Made by a program: the position numbers and the translations under genes. Below the pieces are notes generated by a model. It had not been told where the DNA came from and did not search any database. It saw only the letters and a program-made list of their open reading frames with translations. Shown here one piece after another: positions 49,192-60,779 of a stretch of DNA of 64,000 nt (position 1 is the stretch's first letter; each line of letters opens with the position of its first letter). Source of the stretch: Azolla caroliniana (lineage: Eukaryota; Plantae; Polypodiophyta); contig JBHGNT010000003.1 in the NCBI GenBank assembly GCA_043228905.1, forward strand, positions 1,612,001-1,676,000. The letters are read 5' to 3'.

Positions 49192-52100
49192 CTTTATTAT
49201 GTCGTGAAGATCCGTCACTACGCGCGGATCGTGAGGCGGAACCGCCGGGGTTCTGGACCGGAAGGATTTAGAGTCGATACAAGCTTTGGCGAGAAAGTAC
49301 TTAAGATAGATTGGGAAAGAGAGAAGTTGAGATTACACAATTGATTTGATAACGAATTTCTTCCTCTTAATTTTCATAAAAAAAAACCATGTTTTTCTCC
49401 TCCCCCTTCCCTCTTTTATAGATGCTCTCATGCATATGATGCATGTGAGGGTACAAGACATGCATAAATTGCATGTTTGCCATTTGGCGCTTAAGTATTA
49501 CATGTGGTGCATGCTAACCATGTCACTCATTTTAGCTCTCATGGATGAGAATTTACATGTAAAAGTACAATGATAAAAATATAATTTCAACTAAATACCA
49601 TGGCTTAATGGTAAGCCATTTGACTCCTAACTTGGAGGTGCAAGGTTCGAATCTATACTTGCCCTCCTTGTATATGTATATATTTTTATATATTTATTTT
49701 ATCTAGTCGTCGGATGCCGATGCCGGATGCCGACGCCGGATACCGACACCGCATGCTGCCGCCGGATTGCGGTCGGATGTCGTCGGATCACCGGTTCCAT
49801 CGCCGGTCCGGTTTTGGTTGGCCAAAACCCTTTTCTAGTAGCTAGCCACCTCCACTCTAAGTTCAAGTTACCTTGAACTCTCTATATATGATGAGAGCCG
49901 TATTTGTCGTGCCTATGTGGGATATCTCACAATTTTCTCTTTTCTTTTCACAAACTTTATACCCTCATATCTTGACATTTAGTTGTCTATTTCTCGTGTA
50001 ATAAAGTGCATTCGAAACCTCCATCATTTTGTACTTAGATATTAAAAATGTTATCTTCACAATTATTGTATTACGTGATTCATACTCGATTTTGTACGTT
50101 TTATGGGATTTTCACACTATTGCCAAAAATCTTCACGACAACGCCAACATTTGACTTTGGTAGTGCTAACCCTTTAATATTTACATAATGAGAATTTAGA
50201 TGCACAGAAAATGCTTTAGATACTAGTAAAACCAGGAAAGGAGCAAGTGGACATCAAGTAGATGCCTTGATTTTTATCCAATTCTAATCGCTTTTGTGAG
50301 GGATAGCTATCATATATATTGTTTTATTTGTTTGACCAATGTATCACACATCAAGGAGGTTTTCTCTTTCGTCATCTTTGGTTGTTTTCATGCTGAACTT
50401 GAGAATATCCAAGCATCAACCTTTTTGCTATCTAGAATTGACTTGTGCGTTTGTTTGATTGTGAGCTTAATTTAACTCGGAAGTTTAATTTGTTACTAAC
50501 ACTTAATTTGGCTAGGTAGCTAGATTTGGCTCAAGAGCACAATTTGTTATGACATCAAATGCAACAAGGGAAATAAAGTTTAAAAATCTTGTAAAATGTT
50601 TACACTAGTGACATGATATCTTCTTTAAAAAGAAAAAAACAAGAGAAATAAAGGGCTAAGTCAACAATCATGCAAAGCTTATGGAGATGTAATACCATCT
50701 ATGCTTAATATATATTTTATGTAAAGGGGTTCAACTTCTCTTTTATGACATATATGACTTGAACAAAGTGCCTATCTAGATGTCCCCAAACCAACCAACA
50801 TGCGAGTACAAGACACTCTTGGCCTACATTTGTAAACATCGACAAGCACCACTTTGTCAACAATATTTGGCGTTCCAAATATTTCTTACAAAGGATTTGC
50901 ATCATGTCTTAATCTTAAGCAATGTCACATCAAAGTTACCTACCATAAATCATCAATGTATGTCCTCCAACTATGTCTTGTAGTGAATTCATCAATATGA
51001 ATATATTTCATGTGTTATCAAGAGTAAATGCCACACGAAATTAGATTCCATGGTCATTGCATGCATTCTTTCTTTGTATACATTTTTTGTTTTCTTGTGG
51101 CTCGATGGGCTTATTGATTTCTCATTGTTTTCCCTTTCAATGCTAGTCCTCGACATGCCAAAGCTTTCCCATTAGCTCAAGAGAAGTGAGAGATACCTTT
51201 GACTCATTTATTCTCTTTATCAGAGCCTCTACCTACTCTCACGGACAAATGCTTGGATATGGATGTCACAACTTTTCACCACGATACGTACAAATATTGA
51301 GTTGATGATATTTTTGTTGTTCATGTTGGTCATTCCAAAGGGGGGGATTGCTTTGGTAGTTTTTAACACGTGTTTTCACCATGATCTTTGAGTTTCTTTG
51401 TTGTCTTTCATCATCTTTGAATCTATTTGTCTTTCAAGGCCTTGCTTTGTATACGCTCTCCTATTCAACAGCCATAAAAGTGAAGCTAGCTATAAATTAG
51501 CTTGGTACATATTTATTGAAGATGGGCACCCCATTTATTCCATAACAATTCGCCTTGACAAATTTAGTCACAATTAAATCCTAAATATCTAAGAGGATCT
51601 ACATGTTGTCCAATCAAGAAACTTTAAATCCAAAAATTGACAACTACCTCTAAGATATCGCCCTCAACACTTCCATTTCAATTTGTTCTATCTTTCCTCG
51701 TTACATTCTCAATGGTCAAGAGAGCGTGTAAATGTCTCCAAGTAACCTTTTTGGGAAACCATATGAGATAATAGATAGATCAATAGAAACATTACTAATG
51801 TTCACAAGAGACTGCTAATGATCTATTTCATGGGTTAAGCCGATTGCAAGGATTAAATATTTTGATGTTTCTTCCACAAGGTGTGGGCCTCCTATTGTTA
51901 TCTAGACATATACAAAATTACCTACAAGATATATGACAAAGATTGCCAATGGTTTAACGAATTCCTAGGGATGAACATTTTACCTTTAGAAATGGTGTCC
52001 ACCATTTGCCTTGGTTGTTAAGTAGCATGACAAAATAGGTCCATCTGAAGAAATTGACTGAAGATGGACCTAGGAGCATACCCTAATTTGTCATGGATGA

Positions 52101-53528
52101 ACATTTTCCCTTCATATCATAGTATGAGTACTCCATTTTGAGATAGGGACCTAGGAGCATACCCTAATTGGTCACGGATGACCCAATGAGGCATTGAATT
52201 CAAATAATAAATGGCTACATCATGAGGTCAACTCAAGCATATCGACATGCATGGAGATGCCCATGTACAACAATCAATCGGTGATGCATATAATTCATGT
52301 GACCATAACACAATGCCAATACTTACAATTCATGTACCCGAGATAGGATGGTGATTACACAAATGTAATATACTGATCGAGATTGAAAACTTGACCACGC
52401 AAAAGTGTCACATGATTGACAACATCAAAGCCTTATGGAGCAAGGCTAGTGATACAATTTTATCCAAGCGCGCATTAAAACTTCATTGAAATGACATTGC
52501 GAAATAGTACATTAAAAGGAAGTAACAATATTACATGGGAAATATTCTAAGCACTCAAGAAAGTTGAGTGCTACAACATTCCATAGTAATAAAGTTACCC
52601 AAAAGGAGGTAAGAACATGTTATAGTGAGTTGTTTTAGGACATTTTGCTCCTCTCGAAAATGCAATACTTATAAGAGAACTAGGAAAGCTGTCATTGTAT
52701 AGTTCAGAACAAAGAGTTGATCATGCATGGAATCACAAGTACAAGGATCTACCTTTAGTCAACCCAAGTTCCATAGTACCCACTTGTTTACCTCATGTTT
52801 CCATAGAGTGTTCAACATTATGAAGGCAAGATGGGACTTGAGGACAAAGAACGTCTGTAAGCACATTCAAGGTGACATGGGACACAAGGATAGAGAGTGT
52901 GTATGTAAGCACATCGACGTAATGTTTGGAAAATTACCGAGGTATAAGGTTTGTATAATAACCCAATGTCCATACCGAGGTACATATAAGGTTAGTACGA
53001 TAACCTAGAGCAGGAGACACGACACTCGGGAATCCTCCTATAGACCTTCTTACTTTAAGGATCTTGTGTACACACTACACTGTCCAATTCCAAGAGATGA
53101 TGGGATCTAAGACATATTAATGCATGTTATGAAGGGACACGGTGGAGAGGCATAAATGCCAAAAATTGGGAAACCATTCCTTCAAAAGCCTCTCTAAAAT
53201 TAGCAATGAAAAGATTTTTAGATTAGCAGCAATAATCATGTAGAGATGTGTTAATTTGCTATGCCAATTACAAAGTTTGGAGATTTTTTTTTTTTTTTTC
53301 TGTATGCCCAAATTTAGACCTAGCCTTAAAATGTATGCTCCTAGCCCTAGGAGCCAAATGGGGGCATATATATATATGTTCTATATACACCTATTACAAA
53401 ACATGGCTTAGTGTCAAATTTTGGCCTCTAAAGTTAGTTTAGTTCCATTGAATTGTTGAAGGCCCCTTGCTCTTCCCCTTTCTTTGTAGCAATGTTGTGG
53501 TTAATGCACTCAAAAGATGAATCTGGCT

Positions 53529-54632
53529 TTAGCTAGAAAGATTGGCCATAGCTGCTGCTGATCCATCAAATAACTCATGAGCAATCCATGAATCAATGGA
53601 AGCATAGTGATTGCCATTCATAGTAGTAGTAGTAGTAGTAGTAGTAGTAGCTGTAGTAGTGATGTCTTCAAGTGGCATCATTATATTGTATAAGGATAGG
53701 TCATCCATGTATGGTAATGGATTGGATGCCATGGTGGCTTGCATTAAAGAAGAAGAAGAAGAAGAGCAGCCTGCTAGTCCTTCTTGAGCCTTGGCTAGGG
53801 TAACCATGTTACTGAGTTCCTCCTCAAGGTTGTTCTTATTGTTATGGTGATGATGATGATTATGATGATGATGATGGTATAATGATCCTCCATGGTCCAA
53901 TCCATCCCATGACAAGTTGGATGGAGACAGTGATGAGGAGGAGGAGGAGGATAGGGATGATGGGGTGTAACCATTGTTGGTATTAGGGTTAGGATCAACA
54001 AGATTTATGGCGTCTAATGTGGGACTTATTGCACTTGGTAGATATGGTACTGAATGGCTAGGATCAACCATACTAGGACTATGGTTATGATGATGATGAT
54101 GATTACTGCTCTGATTGTGGTGCTGCTGATGATTGCTACTATGATACTGCTGCTGCTGATGGTGGTGGTGGTGATGATGATGATGATTGCTATTGTTGGA
54201 GGATCTCATCAGGAGATGGTGGCTAGATTTGGAGGCTTTATTGCTGTTGTTGTGGAGGAGGAAAGAGGAAGTGTCAAGGGTAGTGGGCAAGGTATAAGTT
54301 TGGAAGGTATTGGTTGAGATAGGAGGAGGAGGAGGAGGGTTAGGGTTAGGGTTAGGGTTGAGGATATTGAAAGCAGCTTGAGAAGGGGAAGAAGATGCAG
54401 GGTTAGGGTTAGGGTTAGGGTTAGGGTTGATTCCTGTGAGTTGCTGCACCATGGCTCTGAAATTGGAAGGATCTGCGGCGAGGAGGGCGGTGGGGAGCCT
54501 CTTGGAGGCGGCGGCGGCGGCTGCGCGGGAGGCGCGCTTCTTCTTCTTCTTGATGATGATCTGAGAGTTTAGGGTTGTTGGCCCCATGGCAGGGGTGGGC
54601 ACCTCCCCTGAGCGTGAGGATAAGCTCATCAT
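53529..54632 (-). CDS. VQ motif-containing protein (WRKY-interacting family), intronless, 367 aa
   Basis: KKRASR...SKRLPTALLAADPSNFRAMVQQLTG (FxxxVQxLTG) and LPTTLDTSSFLL; poly-H/S/T/P/K/A runs. Confidence 0.92.
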   Translation of the reverse strand: MMSLSSRSGEVPTPAMGPTTLNSQIIIKKKKKRASRAAAAAASKRLPTALLAADPSNFRAMVQQLTGINPNPNPNPNPASSSPSQAAFNILNPNPNPNPPPPPPISTNTFQTYTLPTTLDTSSFLLHNNSNKASKSSHHLLMRSSNNSNHHHHHHHHHQQQQYHSSNHQQHHNQSSNHHHHHNHSPSMVDPSHSVPYLPSAISPTLDAINLVDPNPNTNNGYTPSSLSSSSSSSLSPSNLSWDGLDHGGSLYHHHHHNHHHHHNNKNNLEEELSNMVTLAKAQEGLAGCSSSSSSLMQATMASNPLPYMDDLSLYNIMMPLEDITTTATTTTTTTTTMNGNHYASIDSWIAHELFDGSAAAMANLSS

Positions 54633-54979
54633 CTGAAGGAATTGGGCTGCTATGGCTATGGCTATGGCTATGGCTAAGGTTATGGATAGATTTTAGATGC
54701 CAAATAGGGTTTCCAATTGGGGGCAAAGGGCAAAGGATGAAGAAGAAGAAGAAGAAGAAGAAGGATGGGCTATGGTGTGGGTGGATTTTGAGCTATGGTG
54801 GATATGGATTTTGCTTGTGTTCACAAATCTAAGAGTGGGGAAGGGGGTTTTCCTTCTTTAAAAAGGAAGAAGAAAGAAAGGAAGGAAGGAAGAAGAAATG
54901 GGATTGGGATGGGTGGGATTTGAGCTCTGGTGGATTTGATTTGTGGTTGCTTTTTGAAGGAGGAGGAGGAAGAAGAAGA

Positions 54980-55300
54980 AGTCAAAAAAGCAAAACCAAA
55001 AACGCGTTTTAGATTTATTGGGAGGTAATCTTCCTTAAATATATATATATATATATATATAATATGTATACAGTATATGTATGTATGTATGTATGTATAT
55101 GTGTGTGTGTGTATGTGTGTGTGTATGTATGTATGTATGTATGTATGTATGTATGTATGTGTATGTGTGTATGTATGTATGTATGCATATGTATGTATAT
55201 GTAAACATTAATATTTTTCACTCCTTCACCATTACATTACCACCATTACAACGCGCTTGCTTTTCGATCATCTTCTTCTGTGTCTCCTTCAGTCAGTCAA
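54980..55300 (-). promoter_or_regulatory. Candidate W-boxes and CGCG boxes in the VQ promoter, flanking a (TA)/(TATG)n tract
   Basis: AGTCAA (TTGACT on -) at 54980 and 55295; ACGCGT at 55002; ACGCGC at 55251. Short motifs, could be chance. Confidence 0.35.
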
Positions 55301-58300
55301 GTCTCATGCATGACATGCCACATGACGACGGTTCCCAATTGGATCTTTGGCGTACTTTTTTTTGGTTGTTCATTGTAATCTAATGTAACCCCCCACCCCA
55401 TGCCTACCCATGACCACCAAAAAGGAACACGAAGCCGAATGACCATCGAAAAAAAGGAACACGGACCCGAATGACCACCAAAAAGGAAAACGAATCCGAA
55501 CCCCCCCAACTTGGCTTGAATTGACAGCGAAACCGATAAAAATCACGCAAAAAAGGAATACGAGAGACCCCACCATGACCACAACCACTAGTTCAAGGAA
55601 AACACACTCTCACACACACCCTGTAGAGTCTTTGGTGCTTTTTCGTCCATGTGAAACGAGAAATCCCACACACACACACCTTTTCCCGTGGTGTCCCCAT
55701 CATCGAATATCTTCAAACAAAGGAAAGGAAAAGCAAAAGCAAAAGCAAATGGTGGGAGTGGGAGTGTGCTTTGGCAACGTACGGAATTTACTTCTCGTAA
55801 AACAAAAAGAAAAAGTGAGGTAGGTGGCAACGGGTGTCGACACTTGCTCCGACACATTTCAGGGCATCACTATATCCTACAAAATGTGAACATATCTTTG
55901 AGTTTTACTATGCTTCCTCCGCGTGCCATGTTATGACTTGAACTTTGTACCCTTTCCATTTCACATGAGTATTATTATCTTGCCAGTGCTCCCTTCTTCT
56001 TTTTTGCTCATAGTTCAGGGCTATTGGAGCCTCCAAGGCCCGACTAGAAATAGTGGCTGTAAAAATTATTGAATCGGGGATGAGATTAGGATAACAGGTT
56101 GTCTCGGGAAGAACCAAACTTAGATGTCCATCACATCTTTGATAGAGGCTGACTCTTGAGACCCATTCAAATGTATCAGAAGATAGCGAGGGTGTCATCA
56201 CATTTTTGCACCTTGCATTTACGTGTTGACGAGCATTTGATTATACTATTGCAATCAAATTGGAAACACGCATCATTACATATGAATAATCATTTATATG
56301 CCTTATGTTCTCCAATGCCCAACTATATCCGAGTTCTAAAATCCAACTTTTATTATGCTTTTATTTCCAAGCCATGTGCTTTACAAATGAGCCTCCTCCA
56401 ATACACACTTTTCTTTTAACTCAAATATTCTTTACTTTTGGAAGCGTTTTTACTCTCTCTGTCCTTCATTCTAGAACACCGTCCATTTAATCAAATACAT
56501 AGATAGAAAACTTTGACTTCACACTTGGAACTTGCGTCACATTTGCCTGAAAACCTTTTTTGAGGACCTTGATAAGGTATCCATTGATTTGTTTTGGTGT
56601 ACCTCACATTTATTCTGAATTTAAAATGAAAAGAGACCAAACCTTTTGTTTCAATTACGATCGTCGACAACATCTACGAAAGAACCTTGATGCCTATCCA
56701 CAAGTGTACACACAATCCTCGTCCTCTTGATTCGTCTTCAGGTCATTACTTCTTCCTGTCTCTCCATTTCCTTTTTTGCCTTTCTTTTTGTCCCTATAGG
56801 TGTCCTTGTCTTTCTGAAAGACTTACACATCCTTGAGAATTCATTTATGTATTTTCATTGGCACACAAATCCTACCCAAAACAAATGACTATAAGGACGA
56901 GGACCACCAGATTGATTGATACACCACCTCCTTATCGTTCCCAAAAAATCTAGAAACGTGTCATATGCATGTACATACATGCACATATAAGCTGATAGTG
57001 ATGTATAAATAAATAAATTTGTTTAGTGGAATTCCCTCTGCAAATGTTCAAATGAAGTCGAAAATTCATACAACATGAAATAAGTTTATACCATACATTT
57101 AATGTATGCGAACTTGAAATTACTAGAAAAAATATTTCTTCTCATGGGGTAAGGGGTTTGTAATAATGAAGTGGGAACGAATCATGAAGCATATATGCTA
57201 CACTTCTTCATAGAACAATGGCTAGTTAATCTGCTTACTCTTCATTCCGTACATAATTGCGGTCCTTACAAAACAATGTCGATATATACGTACGGATGAG
57301 AGAGCATGTTGTTGACTTGTCATTTCTATTTTTTTTATTTAATCAACATAGAATCTTTCTTTTTGAAACACGATCACAGTCTATAGGGCTAACAAATTAG
57401 TTCTGCTATACATCACTCTACCACTATATTCAATGATATTTGTGGTTTGACTTCATCGACCTCATTATGGATCTAACTTCCAAGTTCGTAACAAAATAAT
57501 AAGGGGAAAGTGAGAGAAAGGGATGTATGAAGCTACAAACTAACTACATATAAGCATTAAAATCTTATTACGTTACCGCCATCATTATATAATACACTTA
57601 CACAAGTGACTACATGACAAAAAATTCATGAATCATGTGTTGATCCTACAATATATACTCTATATGAATGGTGTAACACCCTCACTTCTTTTAAAGAACG
57701 GCTAAGCATATCTAGGAAGTCTACACCACTAGCAACCTAGGGGATAATTGTTTTCTCTTCATGGTCCCCTTGTCCCACCCATGCGTGTCTCTAACCCCTA
57801 AATCAAGGCCATTGAAATGTAAATATTGGTCCACACTAACCATGCCTAGGAACTCTACAACACTAGCAACTTAAGAGGCAACTATTTTGTCTTAATGGAC
57901 CCCTTGTCCCATGTTAATATGATGGATTTGTGGTTTACTACGAGGAATTGTGATTGCGTGTGAAAGTTGGATTCGTTGTTTGTGAAATTGAGCTAGGAAA
58001 TTGAAGCTAACCATAGGAATTCTTATATGGTAAGAAGACTAAGAAATTTACATTTGCGCATATGCCTTTAGGAGTACATGGATGGCATATCTCTTATAAA
58101 TTCATAATGTAGTAAATATGTTAGACATTAGTTGCATATTTACGTTGGGAACCATAAGATGGTGTGGGTCACTAGATTTATGCATCACCTCTTCAATTAT
58201 TAAAGAAAATCATCTACAGCATTGGGTTGTGGATTCATAGAAAAATGTCATTTTACTGGAGGAGACTTGTTACAATGGATTTAAAGAGGTAAGACATGTA

Positions 58301-58802
58301 GCTCGTGCATCAAAATTTTGCAATAAATATGGGCAAAATGTAATCCAACCTACTAGGCTTTGGTGTAGCTAAAGTATCTGGCTAAAATTCTCGCCATTAC
58401 TTGTTATATATGTAGTTGTAAATTGTAATATCTTACCAATGATATCACATTGCCACATGATTTACCATGAAAAAAAAAGTAGTTAAGTTTCAACGAATAT
58501 CAACTTTCGCGACCACATTAAGTGTAAGGTATTGTAGAACTATTTATTGAGGTTGATATGGAGATAATATTGAATTGATAAGTTGGCTCGTTGGTGATTA
58601 GACACTTGTAGAATATGCTTGAAATGTTTGTCTTTAAAAGTACAACTAGTTGTATGTACTTGTTCATCTAAAAGTCAATGTTATCATTTTCAACCCTTGG
58701 GTTGGAATATGAAAATTTAGGGCCAATTTGTTAATGTGCCTAGTCTTAAACTAAAAGTATCAGCAATTTTATAATGAAGAAAATACTAAAATAATATGTG
58801 TG

Positions 58803-59432
58803 AGGCTTGATATCCACAACATTAAGGTTGTAGAACACAATGTTTAGCACGAGGAGCCCATCATATATTTAAAGGTAATATTAAAATAAACTCATTCATC
58901 CCATGAATGTATCAAATTGATATCTACGTCCAAAGCCTTGTATACGATTAATTCCATGCGATGTTTCCACATTTGAGTCGTCATTGATTGCTTATCTCTA
59001 GTTTATTTCTTATACACATAGTCATAACACGTTTATTTTCTTGTATGACAATGTATGCATGTGTATTGGCATAATCTAACTTAGTATGGGCTTGAACATA
59101 TGAACATACTATAATAATATGGGTTAGGCTTGATATCCACAACATTAAGGTTGTAGAACACAAAGTTTAGCACGAGGAGCCCATCATATATTTAAAGGTA
59201 ATGCTAAAATAAACTCATTCATCCCATGAATGTACCAAATTGATATCTACGTCCAAAGCCTTGTATACGATTAATTCCATGCGATGTTTCCACATTTGAG
59301 TCGTCATTGATTGCTTAGCTCTAGTTTATTTCTTATACACATAGTCATGACTCATAACACGTTTATTTTCTTGTATGACAATGTATGCATGTGTATTGGC
59401 ATAATCTAACTTAGTATGGGCTTGAACATATG
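58803..59432. repeat. Near-perfect 323-bp-period duplication
   Basis: aggcttgatatccacaacattaagg at 58803 and 59126; the second copy has a 7-bp insertion. Confidence 0.93.
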
Positions 59433-59777
59433 GATCAACAGATTCCAAGTTTCATTGTTAACAAATATTACTCTCGACAACTCTTGTCACGTGATTACAA
59501 CCCTTTTTCATGTTATCATGCATGAGAAATACACATGTATGTGGGGACACACAAAGCTTATCTAACATGTATGCAACTTAGAGGAGTATATATGAAGGTA
59601 TTTCCTAAAGTTGTTTACGCAACAAGATTTTTGTTATATGTTATTGGCATGCATGTGTAAAGTCTCTTATTATATAGTGTCTAACTTTCAAGGCAATCCC
59701 TTCACATTGTATTTTGGCACTTATGCAATACTAGATTAAATGTTCTTACTTGTGTAATCAAGCATCGACAATCAATG

Positions 59778-60275
59778 CAATCAACATATCTTAGTTATTA
59801 CCATTTTATCTCGCCAATTACTCACACATTCTAAAAAAAACTAATAGATAAGGGCGTTCATTTCATCTTTGACCAAGTTGTTTGAAAACCTAGAAAATTC
59901 ATGTAGCAACAATGCCACAAAACATTTGTTCTTTGGGCTTGTAACACCACGAACACCACCATTAAATGTTTGTCTGAGGTGATAGGTAGCTAGACATCAA
60001 TATAACACTACATCCTCAATTCACCAATCAACATGTTTTAGTTATTACCATTTTATCTCGCCAATTACTTACACATTCTATAAAAAACAATAGATAAGGA
60101 AGTTCATTTCATCTTTGGCCATGTTTGAAGAACTAGAAAATTCATGCTACAACAATGCTAGAAAACGATTATTCTTCAGGCTTGTAACACCACAAACACC
60201 ACCATTAAATGTTTGTCTTAGGTGATAAGTAGCTGGACATCAATTGTGCGCAACATCCTCAATTCACCAATCTTG
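59778..60275. repeat. Diverged tandem duplication of about 248 bp
   Basis: caatcaacat...ttagttattaccattttatctcgccaatta at 59778 and 60026. Confidence 0.85.
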
Positions 60276-60779
60276 CACTACATCCTCAATTTTATGATAT
60301 CAACTCATTTCTACCCCAAGACATGCATCGTGTCAACCAATGACTTCTTATCTATGTGACTCAAAGTAAACACTCGATGTAAAACTAGTTTCATGTGTAC
60401 TAAAAACCTTTACCATAAGGAATCAAGCTCCAACATTCAGCACACGGACTATTACTAGGGAACGAGCTCCATTTTTCTTCATTCATGCATTATCAAATGT
60501 TTTCGTAAGGAATGGTAGTAGAATTCTTTAAATTATGGCATAGCCTTACGAATAGGCAATGCTAATTCAATAGAGATTGATTCTCTTTGGTGATTCTAGG
60601 GAATTGTAATGGACGTTATTGAGCAAACTTCCTTGGGCATGCACATTTCGAACATTCTAATTGAAGTAAAGGGTAATAGAAACTATACTTAAAAATAGTT
60701 TGATAGATACTTATCCCAAAAATAGTCTATCTAGTGGGTTTAATGCATCAAAGAGGAGATTTTAGTATTTTTTTAACGG

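Larger units (their letters stand above)
42667..50140 (-). mobile_element. Full-length but defective Ty3/Gypsy retrotransposon (Gypsy-B)
   Basis: LTRs 42667-43660 (994 bp) and 49200-50140 (941 bp) with 12-bp TIR TGTCGTGAAGAT/ATCTTCACGACA; 4-bp TSD ACGC; PBS 49174-49191; PPT next to 43661 (GGTGGGGGTGGA on the minus strand). No chromodomain seen. Confidence 0.97.
35083..50255 (-). mobile_element. 5'-truncated, decayed L1-type LINE (ORF2 RT and C-terminus) split into 35083-36924, 42291-42666 and 50145-50255 by two LTR insertions
   Basis: Rejoined minus-strand translation GCPLAPFLVLLV...IKGLALP...VDSEFANDTTL...GALINWDKS...WYLG...LSLAGRIVVANSVLLSSIWYIASTW...IRNFIWG...LWVLWKARC. A possible 3' UTR and poly(A) extends to the T-run near 33972. 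Confidence 0.85.
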
